A stretch of 59,984 bases of DNA from Actinomycetota bacterium (GCA_046744485.1 JBKPHE010000054.1:1-59984); one strand, 5' to 3'; positions 8,229 to 17,887 are shown, counted from the stretch's first letter. Numbers and translations are program-made. Notes: generated from the sequence alone by a model not told the origin.

Positions 8229-10226
8229 TTGCCCACCGAGAGGACCGAACGCTTGCGCACGTTGAACTTGGGGATCCTGGCCCATGTAGACGCCGGTAAG
8301 ACAACCCTTACCGAGAGGCTGCTGTACGCGGCCGGAGCCATCGACGCGGTCGGAAGCGTCGATGACGGAACGACTCAAACCGACACCTTGGCGCTCGAGC
8401 GCCAACGCGGCATCACCATCCGGACGGCCGTGGTCGCGTTCACCGTGGACGACGCCACGGTCAACATCATCGACACCCCCGGGCACCCCGATTTCATCGC
8501 TGAGGTGGACCGCTCGTTGCGCGTGCTCGACGGTGCCGTCCTCGTCATCTCAGCCGTCGAAGGCGTGCAAGCCCAGACGGTCGTGTTGATGCGCGCCTTG
8601 CGGCGCCTGCGCGTCCCGACACTGATCTTCGTCAACAAGATCGACCGCCCCGGTGCGGACCCCGAGCGCGTGATGACGGCGATTCGCGAACGTCTGACCC
8701 GGCATGCGATCCCCATGGGATGGACTCGGGATGTCGGCGACCCGGCAGCGTCCTTCGTCGCGCATCCGCGCGACGACGAACGCTTCGCCGATGCCGTCAT
8801 CGACGCCGTGGCCGACCACGACGAGACCCTCCTAGCGGCGATCGTCGACGATCGGCATGGAGCCGTCTCAGCTGACGAACTCTGCCGGGGCCTCGCGACC
8901 CAAACCGCCGCAGCGCAAGCCCACCCCGTGTTCTTCGGTTCCGCGCTGACTGGCGCCGGGGTTTCGACGTTCATGGCCGCGCTCACGACGCTCCTGCCCG
9001 TCGCCGACGGTGATGTGGGCGCTCCGGCGTCGGGGGCGGTGTTCAAGGTGGAGCGGGGAGCCGCCGGCGACAAGATCGCCTATGTCCGGATGTTCGCGGG
9101 GACGGTTGCCATCCGCGAACGGCTCCGCACCAGCGCGGGGCGGGAGGCGACCATCACCGCGGTCAAGGTCGTCGAGCAAGGCGCTGCGGTGGACAGACCT
9201 GCCGCGACTGCGGGGCAGATCGCGAAGCTGTGGGGGCTCAGGGACGTGCGCATCGGTGACACCATCGGGGCCGCCTCGCGGCGGGCTGTCGGCGGCCTGT
9301 TCGCGCCTCCCACGCTCGAGACCGCGGTCGTCGCCCGGGATCCGTCGCAACAGGGTGCCCTCCATGCCGCGCTTGCCCAGGTCGCAGAGCAGGACCCGCT
9401 CATCAACCTGCGCCAGGACGACGCCCGTCAGGCGCTGTTCGTCTCGCTCTACGGCGAGGTCCAAAAGGAAGTCGTCCAGCAGACCATCGCGGCCGACTTC
9501 GGGATCGACATCGACTTCCACGAAACGACGACGATCTGCATCGAGCGGCCCGCGGGCAGGGGGCAGGCAGCCGAGCGACTCGGCCAACCGTCGAACCCGT
9601 TCCTCGCCACCATCGGCCTGACGATCGAGCCGGGCACGGTCGGCAGCGGCGTCCAGTTCCGCCTCCAGGTCGATGTCACGGCGATCCCGCTCTACGTGTA
9701 CAAGGCCGTCGACGCCTTCCGGGCGGCGATGGCCGACTACACCTCCACCACGTTGCGGCAAGGCCTGTTCGGGTGGCAGGTCACCGATTGCGTGGTGACG
9801 ATGACCGACTGCGGCTACACGTCCCCGGGCACCACGTCGGGCGACTTCCGCAAGCTCGCCCCGCTGGTGGTCATGTCCGCGCTCGAGCACGCGGGCACCG
9901 TGGTCTGTGAGCCGATCCAGCGCTTCCACCTCGACGCGCCCGCGGACAGCCTCGCAGCCGTCCTGCGGCTGGTTGCCCAGCTGCGAGGCGTGCCGCAAGC
10001 GCCCACCATCGCCGGCCCGTGGTTCACGCTCGATGGCGACATCCCCGCCGCCGAGGTACACCGCCTGCGGCACCAGCTTCAAGGCCCGACCCACGGTGAG
10101 GGCGTTCTGGAGGCTCACTTCGACCGCTACGAGCCCGTCATCGGTCGCGCACCGAACCGTCCTCGCTCCGACAACAACCCGTTCGACCGCAAGGAATACC
10201 TGCTGCACGTCCTGCGGCGGGTCTGA
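8229..10226 (+). CDS. ribosomal-protection-type tetracycline resistance GTPase (Tet(M)/Tet(O)/OtrA-like translation-factor GTPase)
   Basis: G1 AHVDAGKTT, G3 DTPGHPDF, G4 NKID. GSVDDGTTQTDTLALERQRGITI and LDGAVLVISAVEGVQAQT follow the Tet(M)/OtrA pattern. About 660 aa. TTG 8229 is the longest start. TTG 8253 (MRTLNLGILAHVDAGKTT, with GAGAGGA 8 nt upstream) is more likely. Confidence 0.88.
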   Translation: MPTERTERLRTLNLGILAHVDAGKTTLTERLLYAAGAIDAVGSVDDGTTQTDTLALERQRGITIRTAVVAFTVDDATVNIIDTPGHPDFIAEVDRSLRVLDGAVLVISAVEGVQAQTVVLMRALRRLRVPTLIFVNKIDRPGADPERVMTAIRERLTRHAIPMGWTRDVGDPAASFVAHPRDDERFADAVIDAVADHDETLLAAIVDDRHGAVSADELCRGLATQTAAAQAHPVFFGSALTGAGVSTFMAALTTLLPVADGDVGAPASGAVFKVERGAAGDKIAYVRMFAGTVAIRERLRTSAGREATITAVKVVEQGAAVDRPAATAGQIAKLWGLRDVRIGDTIGAASRRAVGGLFAPPTLETAVVARDPSQQGALHAALAQVAEQDPLINLRQDDARQALFVSLYGEVQKEVVQQTIAADFGIDIDFHETTTICIERPAGRGQAAERLGQPSNPFLATIGLTIEPGTVGSGVQFRLQVDVTAIPLYVYKAVDAFRAAMADYTSTTLRQGLFGWQVTDCVVTMTDCGYTSPGTTSGDFRKLAPLVVMSALEHAGTVVCEPIQRFHLDAPADSLAAVLRLVAQLRGVPQAPTIAGPWFTLDGDIPAAEVHRLRHQLQGPTHGEGVLEAHFDRYEPVIGRAPNRPRSDNNPFDRKEYLLHVLRRV

Positions 10227-10271
10227 GGCCCGCACCTTTCGCGGGTCGTGCGCCGTGGGTAGGTTCCCTTC

Positions 10272-11588
10272 GTGGCAGTGGACCAAGGGGCCGCCTCTCG
10301 CGGCCACGGCGGGTCGATCGCCTTCGCGGCTGCCACCGGCGCCCTGGCCGGTGCTGCACTCTCCGGCCACCGGGGGAGGAGGGCAGGCGCGGTCGGTGCC
10401 CTGGGGGGTGCAGTCGGGCTGGGAGCCTCAGAGGCGGTGGCGCGAGCTCGGCAACGTCCGGGCGAGATCCCGGCGCTGTGGCAGCGCATCGCGATGACGT
10501 CGGCCCTGGTCGCCCCACTCGGGTGGGCGGCCGCCCGGTTCGCCCGCGCCGGGCCGGCCGTGGTCGGCACGTCCGCCGGCGCGGTCGCGGGTGCGTTCGG
10601 CCTGCGCCCGCAGAAGGTCGCCCTGGGACCGCTTGTCGGCGCCGCCGTGGGCCTGGCGGCGGCCCGTCGGCGGCGACATGTGCCCGCCGCAGCCGTGGCG
10701 AGCACGACGGTGCTCACGTACCGGTTGGTGTCGGCGGCGCTGTTCCGTGACGCACAGGTGGCCCTGCTCGCCGAGCGGGTCCAAGCCGAGGATCTTCCGT
10801 TCGTCGTGCCGCTGGAGGCTCGCACGCGCTATGTCGGCACGGGTTACGTCAAGCAGTTGGCCGAGGTGCTCGGCGGCACCTACACCGCCGACGCCGCCGA
10901 CGTCGGCATCGTCGCCTCGCTGGACGACCTGGCCGGGCCGGAGTTCGATCCCGACTCCGTCGAGTCGCGGGTCCGCGAGTTCTACGAGCACACGACCCGA
11001 TTCACCCTGGACATCGTCCCCGAGTGGAGGCAGTGGGTGCGCCCCGGCTACCTCCTGTATCGGGATCTGGTCGCCCGCCCGCTCGGACAGGCCAGCGTTC
11101 CGATGAACCAGCGGGAAGCCCTACGGGGGATACGCAGCCGCATCGACACGATCACCCTGGATCAGGAAGGTGCGGTGGCCGTACGGGGCTGGATCCGATC
11201 CTTCGCCGACAACGACGAACCGATCTACGTCGGGATCTACACCACCTACCGACACGAGGGCCGTGGCTACGTCAGCGTGGGGTTCCCGCTCCCACAGGCG
11301 AGCTTCACCGCCACCCTGGTTCCCCGCTCCCGACCCGGCGGTGGTCTGGTGCTGACCAGCCGCAGCGACCTCGACCATCCGGGCCACTACCTCACCATCG
11401 TCGACGCCGCGACGCGCGAGCTCACCGCACTCGCGGTTCGTGGCTTTGCCGAACAACTCGACGTGTACGTGCAGGACGGCGAGCTTCGAGCCGAGCACGC
11501 CTTCTGGGTGTTCGGGCTCCCCTTCCTCGTTCTCCATTACCGCATCCGCCGCAAGACGAAGCCCACCGATTCGGTCCTCAGGACCTGA
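10272..11588 (+). CDS. hypothetical protein: Gly/Ala-rich hydrophobic N-terminus plus ~270-aa C-terminal domain
   Basis: 438 aa with consistent codon bias. It starts 46 bp after the GTPase gene on the same strand. I recognise no family ([19 protein letters not shown]...[24 protein letters not shown]). Confidence 0.7.
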   Translation: MAVDQGAASRGHGGSIAFAAATGALAGAALSGHRGRRAGAVGALGGAVGLGASEAVARARQRPGEIPALWQRIAMTSALVAPLGWAAARFARAGPAVVGTSAGAVAGAFGLRPQKVALGPLVGAAVGLAAARRRRHVPAAAVASTTVLTYRLVSAALFRDAQVALLAERVQAEDLPFVVPLEARTRYVGTGYVKQLAEVLGGTYTADAADVGIVASLDDLAGPEFDPDSVESRVREFYEHTTRFTLDIVPEWRQWVRPGYLLYRDLVARPLGQASVPMNQREALRGIRSRIDTITLDQEGAVAVRGWIRSFADNDEPIYVGIYTTYRHEGRGYVSVGFPLPQASFTATLVPRSRPGGGLVLTSRSDLDHPGHYLTIVDAATRELTALAVRGFAEQLDVYVQDGELRAEHAFWVFGLPFLVLHYRIRRKTKPTDSVLRT

Positions 11589-11751
11589 GCGGATAGGCAC
11601 GTCCTGCGGGCCTGGGGTGGTCGGTGCTTCCGGGAGGCCCAGCTGTCGAGCCGCGACCCAGCGGCAAATTCCCACGCGGGGGTGCGCTCCGGAGCGCCAT
11701 CCGCTGGGTCTCCTAATGTGATGGCCGAGCGGGCCGTCGAGAAGGGCAACG

Positions 11752-12588
11752 GTGAGGCCGGTGGAACGACGAGATCTGATGCGAAGGTCTGCTGTGGGGA
11801 TGGCTGGCGTGGTCGGCGGGCACGCGTTGGGGGCGGCGGGTGCCGCGGCCGCCACGCAGGTCGGTGGAGGCCGCGACGGGCTGAGTCAGCTCGGCCTCGT
11901 GTACCTGTCGCACGTCAACGATCCGGCGACGACGAGCCTGTTCCCCGGTGACCCGGCGTTCACGCTCGAGGTCATCGCCACCATTCCGGCGGACGGGTTC
12001 TACATGCAGTTCGTGCGGGAGGGGGAGCACACGGGGACTCACTGGGGCGCCCCGGGTCACTTCCAGGAGGGCGGGTTGCTCGCCGACCAGCTCGACCCGG
12101 AGGACCTGTTCCTGCCGGCGGTGAAGATCGACATCCGAGCCCAATCGGCGCAGGACGCCGACTACGGCGCCACGATCGACGACATCAGGCGGTGGGAGCG
12201 GCGCTACCGCCGCATCCCCCGGGGAGCAGCGGTCATCCTGTGGACGGGTTGGGAGGACAAGTGGGGCACCGATGCCTATCCCAACCTGGACGCCGACGGC
12301 GTCATTCATCAGCCGGGGTTCCTGCTCGAGACCGTCGAGTGGCTCATCCAGACCCGTCGCCTGGACCGCCGCGGGGCGCTGGGCACCGACACGTTCAGTC
12401 CCGACAGGGGCATCGACATCGACTTCGGCGTGTCGGTCGCGCTCTACGACCACCACCGCATCAGCCTGGAGAACCTGGCCAACCTCGGCTCGCTGCCCCC
12501 GACGGGCGCCTGGGTACTCGTGGGCGGGCCTCGCCACAAGGCCGGTTCGGGCTCGACGGCAACGATCTTCGGCGTGCTGCCGCGCTGA
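11752..12588 (+). CDS. cyclase family protein (kynurenine formamidase-like) with Tat-type leader
   Basis: HTGTHWGAPGHF matches the HxGTHxDxPxH motif of the putative cyclase family. The leader is RRDLMRRSAVGMAGVVGGHALGAAGAAAA. ATG 11779 is an alternative start. Confidence 0.85.
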   Translation: MRPVERRDLMRRSAVGMAGVVGGHALGAAGAAAATQVGGGRDGLSQLGLVYLSHVNDPATTSLFPGDPAFTLEVIATIPADGFYMQFVREGEHTGTHWGAPGHFQEGGLLADQLDPEDLFLPAVKIDIRAQSAQDADYGATIDDIRRWERRYRRIPRGAAVILWTGWEDKWGTDAYPNLDADGVIHQPGFLLETVEWLIQTRRLDRRGALGTDTFSPDRGIDIDFGVSVALYDHHRISLENLANLGSLPPTGAWVLVGGPRHKAGSGSTATIFGVLPR

Positions 12589-12611
12589 GCCCGCCGGTCG
12601 TCCGCCGATCC

Positions 12612-14345
12612 TCAGTGTGTGGGGGTCCTGACCGAGCCGAGCCGAGGCCGCATCCGCGGAATGTCGGGTACGACTTCGGGTACGTCGGGCACGACTTCGG
12701 GTAGGTCGGGCACGACGTGGGTGGCGCCCGGAAGCCCGTGCGGGCCGGCACGGTCGGGGCCTGTGCGCATGTCGGGGGTGATCTCGGGGCAGTAGTACAC
12801 CGCGATGCCCTTGCCTTGCCGCTTGCCGCTGTACATGGCGCTGTCGGCCCAGTGGACCAGGGCGTCCGCGGTGATCCCGACCTCGCGCCGCTGGGGCGCC
12901 ACCACGCCCAGGCTGCCCCCCAGCGTCACGATGTGCCCGTCGATGCGGAACGGCTGCCGTAGCGCCGCCAGGATGCGCTCTGCGACCACTTCGCTGTCCC
13001 CGTCGATGACGATGGCGAACTCGTCGCCACCCAGCCGCGCCACAGTGTCTCCACTGCGTACGCAGCCGCGCAGGCGTTGCCCCACGGCGGAGAGCAAGTA
13101 GTCGCCGGTCGTGTGGCCGAAGGTGTCGTTGACCACCTTGAAGTCGTCGAGATCGACCACGATGAGGGCGAAGGGCCAGCCGTAGGCGCGGTGGCGCTCG
13201 ATGGCATGGTTCAGCTGATCGTCGAACAGTGTGCGATTTGCAAGGCCCGTGAGCGGATCATGGTGCGCCCGATGCGCCAGCTCGGCTTGCGCGGCCGACA
13301 CCCGCTCCAGCAAGGCGGAGTTCTCGAGGAGCGTGACGACTTGGCGGACCAGCACGAGTACCAACACGGCCCCGGCCACCGTGGCCTCCATCGCGTCGAT
13401 CCTCGAGCCGACGGCGATCTGGCCGGCCACAACGGCACCGGTGAGCGCGACCAGGGCGTAGGGCAGGAGCAGGTGGGCGCGATCGACGGCGATGCGCGGA
13501 CGCAGGTGCCGGGCCGTCGGCCATCCGTCCGCGGTTGCCAAGGCCGCCACGGCGATGAGCAGCGGCCCGGCGATGAACCCGGCATTCGTGAGCGGTGGCA
13601 TCTCGTCCGCGCCGCTGCTGACCAGGTAGGCGAAGATGCTGTCGGACACCGATATGGCCACCAGGCCCGAGCCCAACAGCCAGAGCTGGGGGCGGAGTTG
13701 GCGGGGGACCCGTCCGGTCGCGATCAGCAGCACGACGATGACCACGAGGACGAGATCTGTCAGCGGGTAGGCGATCGCCACCGCCAATGCCGGGACGTTC
13801 GGGGTCTCGGCGTGCACGACGGCCCCCAGAGCCGTGGCCCACGTCAGGATGAACAGCGAGCCGACGACGATGGCGCCGTCGAGCGAGAACACCAGACGGT
13901 CGCGGTGGAGCACCTGTCCGGAGTGGCGCGGCGGCTCGACGTCCAGCGCCAACAGGGCCGGAAGCGCCAGCACCGGCATGGTGAGGTAGCCGATGTCGGC
14001 GATCGAGGGCGAGGGCAACGGCGTATCCGAGAAGATCTGGTACCACGACCAGAACGCCTGGCCCACGCTCCAGCCCAGCATGCCGCCGGCCATGAGACGG
14101 CGCCACGTGCGTTCGACGCCCGTTACCCGGCGCGACGTCCACCAGCACAGCGTCGCCGCCGAGAGGCCCGCGATGAGCTGGGCTGCGTCGTCGACGATGA
14201 CCTCGCCGTCCTCGGACAGCAGCCCGGAGCTGTCGAAGAACAGCACGACGAGGACGAAGCCGGCCACGACCACGAGCCATGTCCTCAGCCCCGTCGTACC
14301 CATGCGGCTCTTCCCCAAGAACAGCGCAGGCCTCCAAACCTGCAC
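12612..14345 (-). CDS. membrane-bound diguanylate cyclase (GGDEF domain)
   Basis: RLGGDEFAIV, DLDDFKVVNDTFGHTTGD and DPLTGLANR, with a multi-TM N-terminal half. ATG 14303 is an alternative start. Confidence 0.9.
   Translation of the reverse strand: MQVWRPALFLGKSRMGTTGLRTWLVVVAGFVLVVLFFDSSGLLSEDGEVIVDDAAQLIAGLSAATLCWWTSRRVTGVERTWRRLMAGGMLGWSVGQAFWSWYQIFSDTPLPSPSIADIGYLTMPVLALPALLALDVEPPRHSGQVLHRDRLVFSLDGAIVVGSLFILTWATALGAVVHAETPNVPALAVAIAYPLTDLVLVVIVVLLIATGRVPRQLRPQLWLLGSGLVAISVSDSIFAYLVSSGADEMPPLTNAGFIAGPLLIAVAALATADGWPTARHLRPRIAVDRAHLLLPYALVALTGAVVAGQIAVGSRIDAMEATVAGAVLVLVLVRQVVTLLENSALLERVSAAQAELAHRAHHDPLTGLANRTLFDDQLNHAIERHRAYGWPFALIVVDLDDFKVVNDTFGHTTGDYLLSAVGQRLRGCVRSGDTVARLGGDEFAIVIDGDSEVVAERILAALRQPFRIDGHIVTLGGSLGVVAPQRREVGITADALVHWADSAMYSGKRQGKGIAVYYCPEITPDMRTGPDRAGPHGLPGATHVVPDLPEVVPDVPEVVPDIPRMRPRLGSVRTPTH
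12662..12722 (-). repeat. about 3 imperfect 21-bp tandem repeats at the cyclase 3' end
   Basis: The plus strand reads gtcgggtacgacttcgggta / cgtcgggcacgacttcgggta / ggtcgggcacgacgtgg. This encodes VVPDLPE-VVPDVPE-VVPDIPR. Confidence 0.7.
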
Positions 14346-14444
14346 CGACCCGCTCCCAGCGTAGTGCAGCCGCTACCGCCGCCGTTCGTGCCTGCGCGTG
14401 GAAGGCTTCGCGGTGTCCGTCAGCCCGACCCGTAGGAGGTAGCC

Positions 14445-15392
14445 GTGCCCGGCACGCTGCGGTTTGCGATCTCGATTCCTCAATTCGTCGCCGACGGCGC
14501 CTTCGACCCGGCCGGTCTCCGCACGTACCTGGCACGAGCCGAGGCGCTGGGCTTCGACAGTGCCTGGACCGTCGAACAGGTCCTGGGCACGGCGCCCGTC
14601 CTGGGGCCGATGGAGACCATGACCTATGCGGCCGCCTGTACCGAGCACCTGCGGCTGGGCTGCGCGGTGTTCGTGACCCCACTGCACAGCCCGGTCCACT
14701 TGGCCAAGAGCCTGAGCACGCTGGACCAGTTGAGCCGGGGCAGGGTCGAGGTCGGCGTTGCGACCGGCGGGCGAGCCCGCCCGTTCTCGGCGTTCGCGGT
14801 TGATCCGGCCAGCCTGGTGTCCCGCTTCACCGAGGGCCTGCGCCTGATGAAGGCGCTGTGGACCGAGCCCGAGGTCACGTTCGAGGGGCGGTTCTGGCAG
14901 CTGGAGGGTGCCGCCATGAGCCCCCGGCCGTTCCAGAAGCCCCATCCCCCGATCTGGTTCGGCGCCAACCACCCGGCTGCTCTGGCCCGGGCGGTCACCT
15001 ACGGCGACGGCTTCTTCGGCGCCGGATCGACGGCGACAGACCAGTTCGCGCAGCAGGTACCGATCGTCCGGGAGGCGCTCTCCGAGGCGGGGCGGGATCC
15101 CGCCGGCTTTGGGTTCGCGAAGCGTGTGTACATCGCTGTCGACGACGACGCCGACCGGGCCCGGCGTCGCGTCGCCGCCGCGCTCGTCGGCCTGTACGGC
15201 GAGCTCGGCCGCCGCCTCGAACCGGCGGCCGTTGCCGGGCAGGCAGATGCCTGCATCGAGCGCGTGCAGCAGATCGCGGACGCGGGCGCCGAGCTGATCC
15301 TGTTCACCCCGTTCTTCGATGAGCCGGAACAGATGGAGCGCCTCGCAACAGAGGTCATGCCGAACATCGCCCCGTCGCCGAGGCCGCTCTGA
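14445..15392 (+). CDS. LLM class F420-dependent oxidoreductase
   Basis: GTG 14445 lies 5 nt after TAGGAGG. LRFAISIPQFVADG...LGFDSAWTVEQVLG...GRVEVGVATGG is luciferase-like. Confidence 0.9.
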   Translation: MPGTLRFAISIPQFVADGAFDPAGLRTYLARAEALGFDSAWTVEQVLGTAPVLGPMETMTYAAACTEHLRLGCAVFVTPLHSPVHLAKSLSTLDQLSRGRVEVGVATGGRARPFSAFAVDPASLVSRFTEGLRLMKALWTEPEVTFEGRFWQLEGAAMSPRPFQKPHPPIWFGANHPAALARAVTYGDGFFGAGSTATDQFAQQVPIVREALSEAGRDPAGFGFAKRVYIAVDDDADRARRRVAAALVGLYGELGRRLEPAAVAGQADACIERVQQIADAGAELILFTPFFDEPEQMERLATEVMPNIAPSPRPL

Positions 15393-15407
15393 ACCAGGCC
15401 GAACCGA

Positions 15408-15869
15408 TCACGCCTCCGGCGGGGCGCCCTCGCGCGCCAGCGCGGCGTTGGACCAGCCGGGCTTGCCGGTCAGCTCGGCACCGAACCAGTCGGGCGGATC
15501 GAACGCCTCGGCCTCAGGGCGGGAGGGAAACTCCACTTCGACCACGGCGAGTCCCGCCAGCGCGCCGGCGTAGAGATCCAGCTCGGCGGTGAGGCCGTCG
15601 AGGTCGACCCGGTGCCGGGTCTTCTCCAGGTGCCTGTCGCCGGCCAGCGCCCACAGTTCGTCGAAGGCGGCCGCGTCGATGGCCACCTCGACCTCGGCTC
15701 GCTCCAGGCCGCCGCCGCCTTTCACCGTCAGCACGTGGCGTGTGCCGTCGCTGCGAACCCGCACCTCGACGTCGCCGTCGAGGGCGACGTAGGCCTGCCG
15801 CAGCGAGGATCCCTTCCCGAGGCCCCCAGGCAGGCGGGCAACGCGGAACTTGCGCTCGATCTCGTACAC
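15408..15869 (-). CDS. CYTH domain protein (triphosphate tunnel metalloenzyme/CyaB-like)
   Basis: It opens with MYEIERKF (ExExK). 153 aa, with the alternating charged beta-strands typical of CYTH. Confidence 0.88.
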   Translation of the reverse strand: MYEIERKFRVARLPGGLGKGSSLRQAYVALDGDVEVRVRSDGTRHVLTVKGGGGLERAEVEVAIDAAAFDELWALAGDRHLEKTRHRVDLDGLTAELDLYAGALAGLAVVEVEFPSRPEAEAFDPPDWFGAELTGKPGWSNAALAREGAPPEA

Positions 15870-15917
15870 GTCACCACCTCAGCAGCGTTGTTGCAGGGGA
15901 GCAAGGAGGCCGGGGCG

Positions 15918-17096
15918 TCACCGCGTGCCATCGACGCGACCCGCCAGTAGCGGGTCGAGGACCTCGTCGACGGTCGGCGCGGCGGCCATCTCGCGTGCGA
16001 TGTGACGGGCGTTGTGCCGATAGGACGCCGTGGCGAGGACGGCGTCGATCGCCTCGACGATCCGCGGCACATCACGGTCCCCGAGGACGCGGCGAGGACG
16101 GTTGTCACCCCTGCGCCCTGGTTCGATCAGCAGCCCGGCACCGCAGTCGGCGACGCGCCGACCGTTGACGAACTGGTCGGCAAAGAGCGGCGTCACGACA
16201 AGGGGTACGCCGGCGGCCAGTGCGCCGAACACCGTCCCCGACCCGCCATGGCACACGACGAGGTCGGCCTCAGCGAGCACGTGCGCGTGCTCGACCCACG
16301 CCTCGACGTGGACATTGGCCGGTACAGGCCCGAGACCGGACCAGTCGAACCGGTGCCCCACGGTGAGGAGCACCCTGATGTCCAGCCCGGCTGCCGCCGC
16401 CAGCGCCATCCGGTAGACGTCGGCAGCAATCGACATGTGGCCCAGCACGGTCCCGAACGTCGCGTAGACGAGTGGTGCGTCCGACCCGCCCCACCAGTCC
16501 TCCAACGCCGCGCCGTCGACCGGACCCGGCGTCCGGAAGCGGACCGTCCGGGGAAAGGACGAGGGGTCGAGGGACGCAGGGAACCGGGTCACGTAGGGCG
16601 AGGCGCGCAGCTCACGGACCAGGCCCCGTCGGTGGCCTTCGAGCACCGGAGCCGCCGTGGCGATCGATCCGGCTTCGACGTCGGCGAACGAGATGGCTAC
16701 TTGCGCGTTCGGGATGCCCATCTGGTTGGCGACGATCGCGGAGGCGTACTCGCAGGGCTCACGGAGCACGAAGTGCGGAGACCAGTCCGCACAGGTCTGC
16801 CGCACGCCCGGCAGCATGGCGGTGGTCGCCATCCGGCCGAACAGGTCGCGGTTCCCCAGCAGCGATGCCTCCCGCGCGGGGGCGACCGGGAGGCGTTCCC
16901 TGATCGGTCCCACCTCGGCCTCCGACGGCTCGCCACCCGCGCGGAACCCATAGCCGGCCCGCTCGACCAGATCTCGCAGCGCCGGCGGCCCCACGACGAG
17001 CGTCTCGTCCCCTCGCCGGCGGGCCGCGGCGAGGAAGGGAAGCAGCGGGTCGAGATGGCCGGCACCCCCGAGAGAGCAGGCTGCCAGTACCCGCAT
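15918..17096 (-). CDS. GT1 family UDP-glycosyltransferase (MGT/macrolide glycosyltransferase-like)
   Basis: N-terminal GGAGHLDPLLPF and C-terminal VCHGGSGTVFGALAAGVPLVVTPLFADQ donor-binding signature. 392 aa. Confidence 0.9.
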   Translation of the reverse strand: MRVLAACSLGGAGHLDPLLPFLAAARRRGDETLVVGPPALRDLVERAGYGFRAGGEPSEAEVGPIRERLPVAPAREASLLGNRDLFGRMATTAMLPGVRQTCADWSPHFVLREPCEYASAIVANQMGIPNAQVAISFADVEAGSIATAAPVLEGHRRGLVRELRASPYVTRFPASLDPSSFPRTVRFRTPGPVDGAALEDWWGGSDAPLVYATFGTVLGHMSIAADVYRMALAAAAGLDIRVLLTVGHRFDWSGLGPVPANVHVEAWVEHAHVLAEADLVVCHGGSGTVFGALAAGVPLVVTPLFADQFVNGRRVADCGAGLLIEPGRRGDNRPRRVLGDRDVPRIVEAIDAVLATASYRHNARHIAREMAAAPTVDEVLDPLLAGRVDGTR

Positions 17097-17327
17097 AGGG
17101 TCACGCAGCCTAGAAGGCGGCGCGGACGGACATGCCCGGTCTTACGCTGACAGGCCGGTGCCGTTCAGCCGCTCGCACTCCCATGTCTCCTGTTGAGGCG
17201 AGCCGTACTCCGGTACTGGTCTGCCGGGTCGGGCGGTCGCACACGGGTGCTGGTCTCGGGGGTGAGGTTCGGGGTCTCGGCGAGCATCCAACGGGACCAC
17301 GGCAGGGGGAGGGCACCGGTGAGCTGG

Positions 17328-17470
17328 TCATGCCCTGAAGAACTGTTCGAGTAGCGGCGCGACCACCTTCGGGTCGGCCACGTGTGACCGACCTTCAAAG
17401 GTCTGACGTGCGGCGTTCGGGATGCTCGCGGCACCGACAGCCGCGACAACGCCTCGCCCCGGATCGAGAG
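17328..17470 (-). pseudogene. possible remnant of an alpha/beta-hydrolase C-terminus
   Basis: The minus frame ending at TGA (17330-17328) reads ALDPGRGVVAAVGAASIPNAARQTFEGRSHVADPKVVAPLLEQFFRA. This follows the typical pattern IPNA....G.GH....P..V...L..F. No usable start codon exists and there is no upstream body. Confidence 0.3.
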
Positions 17471-17500
17471 CGCTTTGCAGCGAGCAGGGCGGACCGGTTA

Positions 17501-17524
17501 ATCTACAACCAGATGGTTGTAGAT
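17501..17524. promoter_or_regulatory. perfect 10-4-10 inverted repeat, candidate ArsR operator overlapping the start codon
   Basis: ATCTACAACC agat GGTTGTAGAT. It is an AT-rich island in GC-rich DNA. ATG 17513 sits in the spacer and right arm. Confidence 0.5.
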
Positions 17525-17887
17525 GAGTCGGCCGACGACACCGTGGACCATGTGTTCCACGCGCTGGCCGACGCTACTCGCCGTGACATCCTCCGCCGCT
17601 CCGTCCGGGGAGACCTGTCGGTGTCGCGACTCGCCGCCGCGTACCCGATGAGCTTCGCCGCGGTGCAGAAGCACGTCGCGGTGCTGGAGCGGGCCGGCCT
17701 GGTCACCAAGGAGCGCCGCGGCCGGGAGCAGCTCGTCAGCACCGAGCTCGACGCGGTAGGCGTGGCGCGACAGGCCCTCGACCAGCTCGAGACGGCTTGG
17801 CGCCGGCGGGTGGACCGGATGTCCCACCTGCTTGCGCAGGTCCCCGATCCAGACGCGCAGAGCCAGACGAGAGGGCGAGACCGATGA
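17513..17887 (+). CDS. ArsR/SmtB family transcriptional regulator
   Basis: FHALADATRRDILRRSVRGDLSVSRLAAAYPMSFAAVQKHVAVLERAGLV is an ArsR wHTH. I prefer ATG 17513 over the longer 17384 start because the upstream part is Arg-rich with poor bias. Confidence 0.85.
   Translation: MVVDESADDTVDHVFHALADATRRDILRRSVRGDLSVSRLAAAYPMSFAAVQKHVAVLERAGLVTKERRGREQLVSTELDAVGVARQALDQLETAWRRRVDRMSHLLAQVPDPDAQSQTRGRDR

Noticed and set aside
8868-10370. 500-aa minus-strand ORF antisense to the Tet-like GTPase
   Set aside because: It is an Arg/Gly-rich shadow frame. The plus frame carries intact GTPase motifs.
13077-14682. ORFs 13077..14435 (+, 452 aa) and 13258..14682 (-, 474 aa) over the GGDEF gene
   Set aside because: They are shadow frames with low-complexity R/G/H/P composition. 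The GGDEF frame explains the region.
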